A stretch of DNA of 64,000 bases from an uncultured Candidatus Binatia bacterium (GCA_965213675.1 OZ243916.1:1184001-1248000), one strand, 5' to 3'; counted from the first letter of the stretch, positions 1 to 11,152 are shown. Notes: generated by a model from the letters alone, not told the origin. Translations and numbers: made by a program.

Positions 1-4
1 CGCC

Positions 5-1330
5 ATGAGCGGCGCCCGGGACGCCGGGACGCTGGAGCTGGGCGAGTTCCCGGTGCGGGATCTCCGGTTCGGCGGGGCGCTGGGGTACGACGGCGGCACG
101 CTGCAGGTGGCGGAGCCGGAGCTGGCGGAGGCGGCGTCGCGGGACCCGCGCATCCTCGAGGTCGGACTCGACATCGTCCGTCCGGGGGAGCGGGTGCGGG
201 TCACCGGCATCCGCGACGTCGTGGAGCCCAGGGTCAAGGTCGGCGGCGACGCGCAGGTATTCCCCGGCATCACCGGTCCCGTGTTTCCCGTGGGCCGGGG
301 CCGCACCCACCGGCTATCCGGCATGACCCTCATCACCACCGCCGCCTACGACGGCACCATCCGCACCGGCACCACCGCCCAGCGGAGCGCCATCCTCGAC
401 ATGTGGGGGCCGGGGGCCGACCTCTCGGGCTTCAGCCGGGTTCCGGGCCTGGTGCTGAACCTGCGGCTGCCGCCGGACTTGATCGAGGCCGAGGCGCACC
501 AGGTGATCCAGGCCGCCGAATACCGGGTGGCTCAGAGGCTCGCCGAGACCACGGCCGCGGCCGAACCCGCGGCCGTCGAGACCTTCGGCTCGGCCCGCGG
601 GAACGCGAATCTGCCGAAGGCGGTGGTGATCGTGGGCTGCATCACCGAGTCGGAGCATCTCCCCTCCGGCCTGGGATACTACGGGCTGCCGGTGCGCGAG
701 TCCCTGGCCACCGTGGTGCACCCCAACGAGCTGATGGACGGCGCGGTCACCGGCAACACGCTCAAGACCATCGCCTACTACCCCACCACCTGGGACTGGC
801 AGAACCAGCCGCTGGCCATGCGCTTGGCCCGGGAGCATGGTAAGCGAGTCGATTTCGCCGGAGTGATCCTGCAACGCATCCGCTTCGAGGCCTTCCGCGA
901 CAAGGAAGTGGCGGCGCACAGCGCCTCGCAGGTAGCGCGGGCACTGGGAGCGGAAGCCGCCCTCATCACCTGGCTCGGCTCGGGCAACGCCTTCCTGGAG
1001 GTCATGCTGACGGTGCGCGCGTGCGAGGAGAAAGGCATCCGGACCGTGCTGGTCACCTACGAGTACGGCGGCCAGGAAGGAACGGACTCACCGCTGCTGT
1101 TCTACGACCCCCGCGCCGACGCGGTGGTGAGCACCGGCAGCCGCGACCGCATCGTGGAGCTGCCCCCTGCCGACCGGGCGGCCGGCGCCTACCAGGAACT
1201 CCAGGTGCTCAACTATCCCGGCGCCCCCGTGGTGTCGGCCCGGGACGCCCTCACCCTGGACGCCACCGACGCCATCATCGGCGGCGCCGACCTGTGGGGC
1301 GGCCGCGACTGGACGTGCCGAGCGCACTGA
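5..1330 (+). CDS. Glycine/sarcosine/betaine reductase component B proprotein-like (GrdE/PrdA family)
   Basis: Family motifs DVVEPRVKV, G-x-GRTHRLSG, HPNELMDGAV, QNQPL, ADAVVSTG. Confidence 0.8.
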   Translation: MSGARDAGTLELGEFPVRDLRFGGALGYDGGTLQVAEPELAEAASRDPRILEVGLDIVRPGERVRVTGIRDVVEPRVKVGGDAQVFPGITGPVFPVGRGRTHRLSGMTLITTAAYDGTIRTGTTAQRSAILDMWGPGADLSGFSRVPGLVLNLRLPPDLIEAEAHQVIQAAEYRVAQRLAETTAAAEPAAVETFGSARGNANLPKAVVIVGCITESEHLPSGLGYYGLPVRESLATVVHPNELMDGAVTGNTLKTIAYYPTTWDWQNQPLAMRLAREHGKRVDFAGVILQRIRFEAFRDKEVAAHSASQVARALGAEAALITWLGSGNAFLEVMLTVRACEEKGIRTVLVTYEYGGQEGTDSPLLFYDPRADAVVSTGSRDRIVELPPADRAAGAYQELQVLNYPGAPVVSARDALTLDATDAIIGGADLWGGRDWTCRAH

Positions 1331-1509
1331 GCGCCGGCCATCGGAAACGACATTTCAGCGAGACAGGCTCTGTCCAGGCTCGTGTGGCAAGGACCCTGCG
1401 AGCCGTCCTTCCCGCTCTCGCGGGAACGACACATCCGTGACGTATCTACCTGGTGCCTTGACACGGCCTGTTCCGCGGCACGGACGGAAGGGTGCGGAAG
1501 GGAGAACCC

Positions 1510-1962
1510 ATGCCCGTTGAAGTCATCTGCATCGACCACATTTTCATCCCGGTCCAGAACCTCCCCAAATCGGAGACGTTCTACGACACGGTCATGCCGA
1601 TCCTGGGTTTTCGCAAGGGTCCGGTGTCCGACAAGGCGTCGCCCCGTGCGCGCTATGACAACCGGCACCTCACCTGCTGGATCGTTGCGCGCGAAAACGC
1701 TCCGGCGGAGCCCGGAGCAGGTGGGAGCGCACCGTCGCACTTGTGCTTCCGCGTAGTGGACGAAGAGGCCGTGGACCGGGCCTGCCGGGAGCTGCGGACC
1801 GCGGGCATCGACGCCTCCGAGCCGCGAGCCTACGCGCAGTACTCGCCCGACTACTACGCCACCTTCTTCTCCGACCCCGACGGCCTTTTGCTCGAGGTCA
1901 TCAACTTCAACCAGCGCCGGCGCCGGCGCATGTTCGATTGGAATGGCGAAACCGGCCGGTAA
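1510..1962 (+). CDS. VOC/glyoxalase family protein
   Basis: IDHIFIPV, HLCFRV, YYATFFSDPDGLLLEV; GGAGA upstream of ATG 1510. Confidence 0.85.
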   Translation: MPVEVICIDHIFIPVQNLPKSETFYDTVMPILGFRKGPVSDKASPRARYDNRHLTCWIVARENAPAEPGAGGSAPSHLCFRVVDEEAVDRACRELRTAGIDASEPRAYAQYSPDYYATFFSDPDGLLLEVINFNQRRRRRMFDWNGETGR

Positions 1963-2147
1963 ATCGGACACGCCCTTCCCGGAAACCCACCACGCGGATG
2001 CCCGGTCCGCGTGGGACCGCCGTCGCCCTTGCGCAAGGGGGATTCCTGATGCATGGTCGCATCGGTGAAACTCAACTGGCGCAAACCGATACTAGTGTGG
2101 TGTCCGGTCCTGCGAAGTCGTGCGACCACAGTCAAGGGAGGGAAGTC

Positions 2148-2951
2148 ATGGCGACGAAGATCAAGCATCTGGCCATCGTGAGTGAGAACTACGCCATCGA
2201 GGAGAAGTTCTATCAGGCGGTGTTCGGCATGAAGACCGCCGCGCGCGCCCGCATCGAGAGCGCCTCGGTGGTGAGCGACGGCTACGTGGGCATCAACATC
2301 AATCCGCGCCGGCCCGGACGCCAGGGCGGCCTCGACCACTTCGGCTTCGAGGTGGACGACGTCGAAGGGGTGGCCGCGCGCATGAACGAGAAGTACCCGG
2401 AGGTGCACATCCTCAAGCGGCCGAGCAACCGCCCGTTCGCCGGACTGAGCACACACGACCCCGCGGGCAACGTGTTCGACCTTTCCCAGGAGGGCATGGA
2501 GAACCGCACCGACGTGTACGTGGACGGGAATCGTGACGCTGAGCGCTACGTCAATCACTTCGTGCTGCGCGCGGTGGAGCCGGAACGGGTGGCCCAGTTC
2601 TACCGGGACGTCTTCGACCTGTTGGAAACCGAGAAGCCCGCGGACGACCCCAACTGCTACCTGACGGACGGACGGGTCACGCTGATCATTTCGCCGTGGA
2701 AGATCTCCGACTACGCCGGCACCGGCATCGAGCGTCCCGCGCTGGAGCATATCGGCTTCAAGGTGGAGAGCGTGCAGGCGGTCACGGACCGGCTCGAAGA
2801 GCTGTCCAAGCGCAATCCCTACCTGAGTCCCGGCCCCGTGGGCGCGGGACCGGAGGGGGAGGCGCGGCTCGCGCTGTTCGCCAAGTGCAAGTTCGGCGAG
2901 TACCAGCTCTCGGATCCCGACGGGGTGATGATCGACATCAGCGAGCACTGA
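2148..2951 (+). CDS. Two-domain VOC family protein
   Basis: IKHLAI, LDHFGFEV, DPAGNVFDL, LEHIGFKV, DPDGVMIDI; GGGAGG RBS. Confidence 0.85.
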   Translation: MATKIKHLAIVSENYAIEEKFYQAVFGMKTAARARIESASVVSDGYVGININPRRPGRQGGLDHFGFEVDDVEGVAARMNEKYPEVHILKRPSNRPFAGLSTHDPAGNVFDLSQEGMENRTDVYVDGNRDAERYVNHFVLRAVEPERVAQFYRDVFDLLETEKPADDPNCYLTDGRVTLIISPWKISDYAGTGIERPALEHIGFKVESVQAVTDRLEELSKRNPYLSPGPVGAGPEGEARLALFAKCKFGEYQLSDPDGVMIDISEH

Positions 2952-3187
2952 CACGCCTCACCGGGGAGGCGCTTCTCTGGATCGTGGCGCTGGTGGGAGG
3001 CGTTCTTCTCATCGGCTTTCACGTGACCCTGCCGCTCTTCACCGCGGGCTACGCCTTCGCCTACGGCGCCCGTTGGCGCACCGCCCTGCTTCTGGGCGCG
3101 TTGGCCGAAGGCTACCTCTATCTGGTATTCGATAAGTTGTTGCACGTGTTGTGGCCCGAGCCTCTGCTGCTATCGGGTTGGAACTGA
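2952..3187 (+). pseudogene. Probable C-terminal fragment of a TctB-like membrane protein
   Basis: Hydrophobic frame ...LLIGFHVTLPLF...YLVFDKLLHVLWPEPLL resembles the TctB-like tail ending at 49848 (IGVHVALP...FYDFALHIVWPESPF); no start codon or RBS. Confidence 0.55.
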
Positions 3188-3301
3188 CGGGCGCACGCAC
3201 CGTGCTCGCACGGATGATCGCAGGCACGAGTGGAAGGGCAGGCGCTCGTGTTTCACGATCACGGACCGACAGGGCGCCGACACAGGAGGAATGTCCGCCG
3301 G

Positions 3302-3565
3302 ATGGCCAAGGCGAGCAGGAAACGACCGTACGCGCGGACAAGGAAGTCACGGGGACGGCGCGGATGTCTGTGGATCCCGTTGATCGTCCTCGCGATGATG
3401 CTGGGTTGGCTCTACCGTTACGAAATCGCGAATCTCGTGGGGTTCGAATTCGGGGCGAGCGACTTCTCGCGCCGGTCGGAGGAGAAGTCCCGGATCGGTC
3501 GGAGCGGCAACGGCATCACCGAAGAGGAGCGCAAGGAGCTGGAGAAACTTCTGCGGAATCAGTGA
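3302..3565 (+). CDS. Small single-pass membrane protein, unknown function
   Basis: Basic N-terminus, one hydrophobic helix (CLWIPLIVLAMMLGWLY), charged tail ITEEERKELEKLL. Confidence 0.6.
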   Translation: MAKASRKRPYARTRKSRGRRGCLWIPLIVLAMMLGWLYRYEIANLVGFEFGASDFSRRSEEKSRIGRSGNGITEEERKELEKLLRNQ

Positions 3566-3660
3566 ATCGGGATGGGATTCACGCGGAGGACCCGGTCCTC
3601 CGCGTGCGACGGCTTGGGAAAGGTCTGAACAAACAGGAATCGGGCGGGTGTTCGACGGAA

Positions 3661-4740
3661 CTACAGCCCCGCCGGCAGCTTGTAGAAGCGTTCCGCATTG
3701 CGTGACAGCACCGCGGCCTTGTCCTCCTCGGTCAACTCATCACTCTCCATGACCTCGCCCAACTCTTCCTTGCAGAACTCGTTGTTGACCTCGTGGGGGA
3801 AGTCCGAGGAGTAGACCCACGGCTTGTTGCCCACCGTGCGGATGGCGTGCGCCAGGTCCGGCTCGTGTCCCTCGCAGCCCACGAAGACGCGGCCCTCCTC
3901 GATGTGCCGTTTCACGTAATCGCTCACCGCCTCGCCGTCGCGGAGCTGCAGGAACTCGCTCCGGGGATCGTGCTGGATGTGGGTCTCGTACGAACGGTCG
4001 AAGCGTTCCAGGCACATCAGCAGCCACGCCACGCCGCCTTCCAGGAAACCGATGCGCACGTTGGGGTAGCGGTCGAAAATGCCGTTGAAGACGATGCCGC
4101 CCATGGAGATCATCTGCCCGAAGGGATGGCCCAGGGCGTGCACCGGCGCGTAGGGATGCAGGTCGTCCATGCCCAGGTTCTCGTGCGCACCGCCGTGGAT
4201 TCCGATGCAGCAGCCCAGCCGGTCCGCCTCTTCATAGATGGGCCAGTAATACTTGTGGCCCAGGTGCAACTGGATGCCCGTGGACGGCAGCATGGCGCCA
4301 CACATGCCCAACTCCTCCACCGCCCGGCGCAGCTCCTTCACCGCCTCCGCCGGCTCCTGCAACGGGATCAGCGCCACTGCCTGGAAGCGCGGGCTCTTGT
4401 GCACGTAGTTCTCGGCGATCCAGTCATTGTAGGCGCGCGCCAGATCGATGGCCCAGTCCTGGCTCACCACCTTGCCGTAGGACAGGCCCACGGTGGGATA
4501 GAGGACGGTCCGGTTGATGCCCACGTCCTCCAGGAACTCCACCCAGCCGTCGTAACCCACCTGCTGGAACGAGCCCTCGGGGAGCTTGTGCGCATTGGCC
4601 GAGTGCAGGTGATCCAGCGGCGGAAACGGATTCGACCAGCGCATCTGCTGCCGCACCGCTTCGGGGAAGCGGCTGGTGATGGCCTCCATGTCCTCCACCA
4701 CGTGCCCGTCGCCGTCGATGATCTGGTACTTGTTCGCCAT
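3661..4740 (-). CDS. Amidohydrolase_2 family protein
   Basis: IIDGDGHVVE, IGIHGG, FLEGGVAW, SSDFPHE; AGGAGG RBS. Confidence 0.9.
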   Translation of the reverse strand: MANKYQIIDGDGHVVEDMEAITSRFPEAVRQQMRWSNPFPPLDHLHSANAHKLPEGSFQQVGYDGWVEFLEDVGINRTVLYPTVGLSYGKVVSQDWAIDLARAYNDWIAENYVHKSPRFQAVALIPLQEPAEAVKELRRAVEELGMCGAMLPSTGIQLHLGHKYYWPIYEEADRLGCCIGIHGGAHENLGMDDLHPYAPVHALGHPFGQMISMGGIVFNGIFDRYPNVRIGFLEGGVAWLLMCLERFDRSYETHIQHDPRSEFLQLRDGEAVSDYVKRHIEEGRVFVGCEGHEPDLAHAIRTVGNKPWVYSSDFPHEVNNEFCKEELGEVMESDELTEEDKAAVLSRNAERFYKLPAGL

Positions 4741-5131
4741 GGTAACCTCCTGGTCGGTCCGGTCCTTGTCGCGTTTGTCGCGGGGTGGTCGCTCAAGGAA
4801 ACTCTGATTCTTCAAGGAAACTTTGATTCGTTGCCAACGGGGAAGCGTCGTTCGACTTCGCGTCCCCCGGGCCAACGGCCGGCTTGGGCGCCGGTCATGA
4901 CCCATGCATGCCGCGCCGGTTGTCCGGGTATTAGCCCGCCCCATGAGCCTTGTCAAGAAATGCCCGCCGGTCGGACGGGACCAAAGCAGACGAAGTCTCG
5001 CAATCTTGCGCCCCACGACGCATCGCGATACAAAGACTCTGATCCATCGGGCTGGCCGAATCGGGCGCGCCGTCCGTGATGCCTCCATGTCCTTCTCGAG
5101 GTGTTCATTTCTTCCCGGAACGATTCAAACG

Positions 5132-6436
5132 ATGAGTTGGCTCAACCTTGGTTCCCTCGGCGGATTGGCGGTCCTGGCATTTCTCGCCTGGGCCGCGGGG
5201 GGCTTCCGCAGGCCTGTTCCCTGGCGCACCGTGCTCGCGGCCGGAGGGCTCATGCTGCTCCTGGGCGCCATGGTGTTCTGGGTGCCGTGGACGCGCACGG
5301 CTCTGATATGGATCAACGACACCGTGATCACCATCCTCCGGTCCGGCAACGAGGGCGCGCGCTTCCTGTTCGGACCGCTGGCCCTCAGTCCGGGCGAGAC
5401 CTCCGGGGACGGGTCGCAGTCCATCGGCTTCATCCTCGCCGCCCAAGTCTTCCCGGCGGTGATCTTCTTTGCCTCACTCATGGCCGCGCTCTATCATTTG
5501 CGCATCCTGCAGCCCGTGGTGAAGCTCTTCGCAATCCTGTTTCACCGCACCATGGGCCTCTCGGGCGCGGAGTCGCTGGCGGGCTCATCCAACATCTTCA
5601 TCGGCATCGAATCGGCCATGACCGTGCGGCCGTATCTGGACCGCATGACCCGATCCGAGCTGCTGACGCTCATCACATGCGGCATGGCCACGGTGGCGTC
5701 CACCACCCTGGCGCTCTACGTGCTCTTCCTCAAGGACAGCTTCCCGCTCATCGCCGGACACTTGGTCTCTGCCTCGCTCATGTCCATCCCGGCCGCCGCG
5801 CTGGTCTCCAAACTGATCCTGCCCGAGACCGAAACGCCCGACACCCTGGGAGGCGTGCCGCCCATGGCCGACAGCGAACGCAAGCAGAACACCATGGCGG
5901 CGCTGATGGAGGGCTCTTGGGAAGGACTCAAGTTGGCCGCGGGCATCGGTACCCTGCTCGTGGCCATCCTCGGATTCGTTGCGCTCATCGACTGGGGGCT
6001 ATTGAAGGCAACCGCGCCGTTAAGCGACGCCCTCGCCGGTCCCGTGGACCTGCGGCGCATCCTAGGCTGGATCTTCACGCCGCTGGCGTGGCTGCTGGGG
6101 CTGCCTGGAACCGACCTCGCGGACGCCGGCCGCCTGCTGGGGGGACGCGCCATCCTCACCGAGGTGGTCGCCTACCAGGAGTTGGGCCGCCTCGCGGCCG
6201 AAGGCGCGATCTCGCCCCGCGGCATCCTCGTCCTGTCCTACACCCTGTGCGGCTTCGCTCACGTCGCCTCGGTGGGCATCTTCATCGGCGGCATCGGCGC
6301 CCTGGCCCCGGCGCGCCGCGGCGACCTGTCCGCGCTCGGCATCCGCGCCTTGGCGGGCGCCACCCTGGCAACCTTCATGACCGGCGCGGTGGCGGGTTTC
6401 TACTACTACGGGCAGCAGGGCCTGCTGGGCGTCTGA
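5132..6436 (+). CDS. Concentrative nucleoside transporter (NupC/CNT family)
   Basis: FLFGPL, VFPAVIFFASL, SGAESL, MTRSEL, GMATVA, LCGFAH. Confidence 0.9.
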   Translation: MSWLNLGSLGGLAVLAFLAWAAGGFRRPVPWRTVLAAGGLMLLLGAMVFWVPWTRTALIWINDTVITILRSGNEGARFLFGPLALSPGETSGDGSQSIGFILAAQVFPAVIFFASLMAALYHLRILQPVVKLFAILFHRTMGLSGAESLAGSSNIFIGIESAMTVRPYLDRMTRSELLTLITCGMATVASTTLALYVLFLKDSFPLIAGHLVSASLMSIPAAALVSKLILPETETPDTLGGVPPMADSERKQNTMAALMEGSWEGLKLAAGIGTLLVAILGFVALIDWGLLKATAPLSDALAGPVDLRRILGWIFTPLAWLLGLPGTDLADAGRLLGGRAILTEVVAYQELGRLAAEGAISPRGILVLSYTLCGFAHVASVGIFIGGIGALAPARRGDLSALGIRALAGATLATFMTGAVAGFYYYGQQGLLGV

Positions 6437-6456
6437 GACCCGCGGCTTGAGCCTGG

Positions 6457-6615
6457 GAGCCTGTCGGGTTTATCAAGAATCTACTGCGAGGCAGCGAAAT
6501 GGGTCCATTTCCGGTTGGATTTTCGTCCAATATTACCAATATTCTCCTCAAATCCGCCCGAAACTGGCCTCCATTTCTCTGCCTCTCGCTACGATTCGAT
6601 AATCCCGACAGGCTC
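6457..6615. mobile_element. MITE-like element, copy 1 (~160 bp)
   Basis: Terminal inverted repeats GAGCCTGTCGGG...CCCGACAGGCTC; close inverted copy at 18935-19089. Confidence 0.8.
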
Positions 6616-6713
6616 CCAGGGAACCGGACAACGGTAATCCTGCAGGCGCGACCGGGCGGGCGCCCGTGCATGCAACGTCGCAGCGAATCAACACAGAACC
6701 AGGAGGCCAACGA

Positions 6714-8000
6714 ATGAGTTCAGGCTACGCGCCCCCCGACGCCATCTCGCGGCCCGAAGTGGTGCAACTGTCCCGTGAAACCCTCGACCGGCCGGACATA
6801 CCCGTGGAGAACCGCGAGGATATCTTCCGCATCCAGGCCCTCGAAATGGACTGGGACATCGGCACCATGACCTATGCGCCGGAAGATCCCGCGCGCATCC
6901 CCAAGGCCCCCGACGGCAGGCGCGCCGGCATCTTCCTGCTTCACGGCGGCACCTCGGACTACAAGTCGCTGGAACCGGTGGCGCGCATGTTGTCCACCAA
7001 GTTCGGCTTCAAGGTCACGCTCATGACCTTTCCCGGGCGGCTGTACCTGCTGGACCCTTCCAGGGACTGGCCTGGCGACACCCTGGAGCCCGACGGCACC
7101 GGCCGGACGCCACTGTGGACCAGGGAGACGCGCATCACCCGTGACCAATACGAGGTGGCGCGGGACGACGCCCGCCGCGAGAGTTACGGCACTGTCATTT
7201 CGCTCGTGGCGCGGGAAGGCACGGAGTTCTACCACCGCATGGCGGCGTGGCCCGTGGCTTTCGAGGAGGCGCTACGCGAAAGCTGCCGGCGCGAGTTCGA
7301 CCCTTCAGAGTACGCCCTCTATGTCCACGGCCATTCCACCGGCGGGCCGTTCGCCATGATCGCCGCCCAACGGGTCGCCAACGTCGAGGGCGTGCTCGGC
7401 TACGGTTCCTCCACCTTCGCCTACATCTACACGGCTACCACCGGCGACCGCTGGGAGTTTCCCTTCAACCACCTGCGCCTGCGCACCTGGCGCGACACCG
7501 CGCGCTACCTTTACGAAGGGCTCAAGGACAAGGGCTATGGCCTGCCCATGCTGATGGAACTCACCATGGACAAATGGGAGGCGTCGAAGAAACGCACCAA
7601 CTTCAAGGCTGAAGACTTCGTCCACAAGAACGGCGCCGGCGCGCTGGAACAGGCCGCCAGGGTCAGCGCCCGGCGGCTCAGGATGAGCGGCGCGGACGAA
7701 GAGCGCCTGGTCACCCGCTATCTCGGCTATCTGCGGGAGCTGTCCGGCGCCGATGCCAAGCCCGTGCCGCCCATGCTCTCGCTCCACGGACTGGACGACG
7801 ACACCGTCACCCTCCGGCGCTGCCGTGACGCCCTGCCGCTCTACGCCGCCATGGACCCCGCGCCCAAGGTGGCCGGCGTTTCCCTGGGCGCCGGCATCCA
7901 TACCTGGGGCCTCACCTACGACGACCTACCCCACGGCATCATCCCCCCGGTGTGCCGCCTGTGGCACGACGCCATTGTGGGCGGGTTCTTCGCGCCCTGA
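6714..8000 (+). CDS. Alpha/beta-hydrolase-fold protein, unknown substrate
   Basis: LLHGG, nucleophile elbow GHSTGG, HGLDD, C-terminal His (GIHTW); AGGAGG RBS. Confidence 0.7.
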   Translation: MSSGYAPPDAISRPEVVQLSRETLDRPDIPVENREDIFRIQALEMDWDIGTMTYAPEDPARIPKAPDGRRAGIFLLHGGTSDYKSLEPVARMLSTKFGFKVTLMTFPGRLYLLDPSRDWPGDTLEPDGTGRTPLWTRETRITRDQYEVARDDARRESYGTVISLVAREGTEFYHRMAAWPVAFEEALRESCRREFDPSEYALYVHGHSTGGPFAMIAAQRVANVEGVLGYGSSTFAYIYTATTGDRWEFPFNHLRLRTWRDTARYLYEGLKDKGYGLPMLMELTMDKWEASKKRTNFKAEDFVHKNGAGALEQAARVSARRLRMSGADEERLVTRYLGYLRELSGADAKPVPPMLSLHGLDDDTVTLRRCRDALPLYAAMDPAPKVAGVSLGAGIHTWGLTYDDLPHGIIPPVCRLWHDAIVGGFFAP

Positions 8001-8072
8001 AGGCGCGAGCGCCACGCGCCGTGTCTCAAGGAGCCTGCCGGTATCGCCGCCGTCCAGCCGACACACGAGGGG

Positions 8073-8978
8073 ATGACAAACACGATGATCGACGCACCTT
8101 CACAGGCCCGGCGCAAACCTTCGTGGCTCAAGGTGCGGCTGCCCGCCGGTTCGGACTACAACCGCCTCAAGGACAACTTCCGCGGGCTCAAGCTGCACAC
8201 GGTGTGCGAGGAGGCGCGCTGTCCCAATCTGGCCGAGTGCTGGAGCGCCGGAACCGCCACCATCATGATCCTTGGCGATGTATGCACGCGCGGGTGCCGG
8301 TTTTGCGCGGTGAAGACCGCCCGGACGGGGACGCCCGTGGACCCGGACGAACCCAGGCGGGTGGCGGAGGCATTGGCGCGCCTGGACCTTCGCTACGTGG
8401 TCCTCACCTCCGTGGACCGGGACGACCTGGACGATGGGGGCGCGGGGGTCTTCGCCCACACCATCCGCGAGACCCGGCGGCGCTGCCCGGAACTGATCAT
8501 CGAGGCGTTGATCCCGGATTTTCGCGGCGACATCCGCGCCCTCGGGAAGGTCGTGGACGCCGCGCCCCAAGTGATCGGGCAGAACCTCGAAACCGTCCAA
8601 CGCCTCACTCGCCAGGCCCGGGACCGGCGCTGCGGCTACGAACAGACCCTGGACGTGCTCGCGAACGTCAAGACGCTGAACCCGCGCATCTACACCAAGA
8701 GCGCCCTCCTCCTCGGCATGGGCGAGACCCGCGAAGAGGTGCTCGCCACCATGCGCGACCTGCGCGCCCGCGGCGTCGACATCCTCACCCTGGGCCAGTA
8801 CCTCCAGCCCACCCGCAAGCACCTGCCCGTGGCGGAGTTCGTGCACCCGGACCGTTTCCGGGACTACGAAGAGCAGGGATCGGCGCTGGGCTTTCGCTAC
8901 GTCGCCGCCGGCCCCATGGTGCGCAGTTCCTACAGGGCCGCCGAGTTTTTCGTTGAGAAGCTGCTCAAGCCGCATTGA
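8073..8978 (+). CDS. lipA: Lipoyl synthase
   Basis: [31 protein letters not shown] motifs. Confidence 0.97.
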   Translation: MTNTMIDAPSQARRKPSWLKVRLPAGSDYNRLKDNFRGLKLHTVCEEARCPNLAECWSAGTATIMILGDVCTRGCRFCAVKTARTGTPVDPDEPRRVAEALARLDLRYVVLTSVDRDDLDDGGAGVFAHTIRETRRRCPELIIEALIPDFRGDIRALGKVVDAAPQVIGQNLETVQRLTRQARDRRCGYEQTLDVLANVKTLNPRIYTKSALLLGMGETREEVLATMRDLRARGVDILTLGQYLQPTRKHLPVAEFVHPDRFRDYEEQGSALGFRYVAAGPMVRSSYRAAEFFVEKLLKPH

Positions 8979-9197
8979 CTCATTCAACGGGCCCCATGTG
9001 AGAGTGGAGGGCCGGAAAAGTCACGCAACCCAGGAGCTTGCGCCGCAGGAATTCACGGCTGCAAATCCGCTCTTGATTCACAAAGTCACGTTTTTCGAAC
9101 ATGCCGGTCCGAGGCGTGGCCTCGCGATGCCACACGGCGGCATTCGGCTTGTCAGGCACGGAACGCTGTGAGAAAAGGAGGGCCGGAGGAAATGATC

Positions 9198-10328
9198 ATG
9201 AGCGACCGTATCATCTCGGCCGACGGCCACATGGACCTTTTCTATCTCGACGAGGATACGTTCCGGTCGCGCGCCCCGGCCGGCATGAAGGACCGGGTGC
9301 CCAACGTGCGCATGGTGGAGGGCAAGCCCTCGTGGATCGGCGACGGCGTCAACATGGGCGGCCACCGGGCGTGGATGGGGCGCCAGCCCATGACCAACCA
9401 CCGGGGGCGGAGAATGCGCGAGGCGGGGTGGGAACCCACGCACCCGTCGGATCCGAAGCTGCGCGCCCGGGACCTGGACATGGACGGGATTGCGGCGGAG
9501 GTCATCTACGGCATCCGCTTCGTGGAGGACAGCATCAAGGACCCCGACGTCATCAGCGCCACCTACCGCGCCTACAACGACTTCATCGCCGAGTTCTGCG
9601 AATACGACTCGAACCGCTTCATCGGCATCGCCGACATCCCGGCCCACTCGCCCGATGCCGCGGCCGCGGAAATCCGCCGCGTCGGCCGGAACGGCCTGGG
9701 CCTCAAGGGCGCGCTGTTCGATTTCTTCAACGGCCCCGCGCCCATCTGGCACGAGATGTGGGAGCCCATGTGGGCCGCTGCCGAGGAGGAGGAAGTCGCC
9801 CTCTCCTTTCACATCGGCGCGGGCCACGGCACCACCACGGTAGGGCCACGGAACGCCGAGGAGAAGCTCAGACGCAACATCCCCAAGGTGTCCTACGAGG
9901 CGCACATCGCGGTGGTGGCCATGCAGGCGGACGAATGTCTCGTGTCCATCCTGCTGTGCGGCGCGCTGGAACGTCATCCCGCCCTCAAGGTGGTGATGGC
10001 GGAGAGCCACATCGGCTGGATCCCGTACGTGCTGGAACGGCTCGACACCAAGTTCCGGGAGGGCGAGTACGAAGGCATGATTCACACGCCGCCGAGCGCG
10101 CTGTTCCGGCGCCAGATGTGGGCCACGTTTCAGGACGACCGGGTCGGCGCGCACCTGGCAGAGGAATACGCCCCGGACAATTTCTGCTGGGCTTCGGACT
10201 ATCCGCACCGGGACGGCGTGTGGCCCGACTCCCAGGAGTTCATCCAGCAGACCATGGGCGGATTGAGCGACAAGATGCGTCAACGCCTCACCGCCGACAA
10301 CGTCACGCGGCTTTACCATATCCAGTAG
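9198..10328 (+). CDS. Amidohydrolase_2 family protein
   Basis: ISADGH, DLDMDGIAAEVIY, SFHIG, WASDYPH; start may be 9192. Confidence 0.9.
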   Translation: MSDRIISADGHMDLFYLDEDTFRSRAPAGMKDRVPNVRMVEGKPSWIGDGVNMGGHRAWMGRQPMTNHRGRRMREAGWEPTHPSDPKLRARDLDMDGIAAEVIYGIRFVEDSIKDPDVISATYRAYNDFIAEFCEYDSNRFIGIADIPAHSPDAAAAEIRRVGRNGLGLKGALFDFFNGPAPIWHEMWEPMWAAAEEEEVALSFHIGAGHGTTTVGPRNAEEKLRRNIPKVSYEAHIAVVAMQADECLVSILLCGALERHPALKVVMAESHIGWIPYVLERLDTKFREGEYEGMIHTPPSALFRRQMWATFQDDRVGAHLAEEYAPDNFCWASDYPHRDGVWPDSQEFIQQTMGGLSDKMRQRLTADNVTRLYHIQ

Positions 10329-10456
10329 GCGCCGTTCCGTAGACGCTGGCGGCCGTGTTTGCGCGCCCATGACCGCGTGTGGCGGCACACGACGTGGCGC
10401 CCGCAAAGCCCGCGACCGCGGGGACGATTTCCGCGATGGGCGCCGCGGGCGCCCGA

Positions 10457-11083
10457 TCAAAGAATCCTGATCTTGCCGCGGTTGTAGACGGCCACGGACG
10501 CGCTGGCCGCAACGCTGTCGCGGTACTCCTCCGCATCCAGGCTCCACACCATGGTGTCCCGCGGGCGCCCCTCGGCGTCGATCTTGTTGCGGTAGAGCGT
10601 GCGGCGGTGGATGTAGCCGAGCTTCTCGGCCACGCGCGCGCTGGGCCGGTTGCGAGGATCGCAGCGGATCTCCAGCCGCTCCACGCCGTGGACCTCGAAG
10701 GCCACGCGCGTGAGCGCGGCCGTGGACTCGGTGGCCAGCCCCTTGTTGGCGTGGGAGCGGCCGACCCAGTAGCCGATCTCACGCGCATCCTTGCTGTCGC
10801 GGGTGTGCAGACCGGTCCCGCCGATGATGCGCAGGCCGTCCGGGGCGAAGATGCCGTAGACGAACTCCCGCCGCAAAAGGAAGTCGTCCCGGAAGCGCCG
10901 CAGCCGTTCCGTCTTCATCTCCAGGGACTCCGGCTCCTGCTGCGCCCAGTCCATCCACGGACGCAGGTATTCCAGGTTGTCGTTGATCTCTCGTTGCAAC
11001 AGGTTGGCGTCGGTGGGATGCCAGCAACGGAGGATCAACCGCGACGTGTGGATGCTGTAGGCCAGTCCCGGAGATTGAGCCAT
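10457..11083 (-). CDS. RimJ/RimL-type GNAT N-acetyltransferase
   Basis: TSRLILR, EIGYWV, KGLATE, NRPSARVAEKLGY. Confidence 0.9.
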   Translation of the reverse strand: MAQSPGLAYSIHTSRLILRCWHPTDANLLQREINDNLEYLRPWMDWAQQEPESLEMKTERLRRFRDDFLLRREFVYGIFAPDGLRIIGGTGLHTRDSKDAREIGYWVGRSHANKGLATESTAALTRVAFEVHGVERLEIRCDPRNRPSARVAEKLGYIHRRTLYRNKIDAEGRPRDTMVWSLDAEEYRDSVAASASVAVYNRGKIRIL

Positions 11084-11152
11084 GTCGTGAAGATTCGGCA
11101 AGCGCGGAAAGGCACGGTCGCGGCAGGTTCGGGTTGGACGTGAACCGCGACG

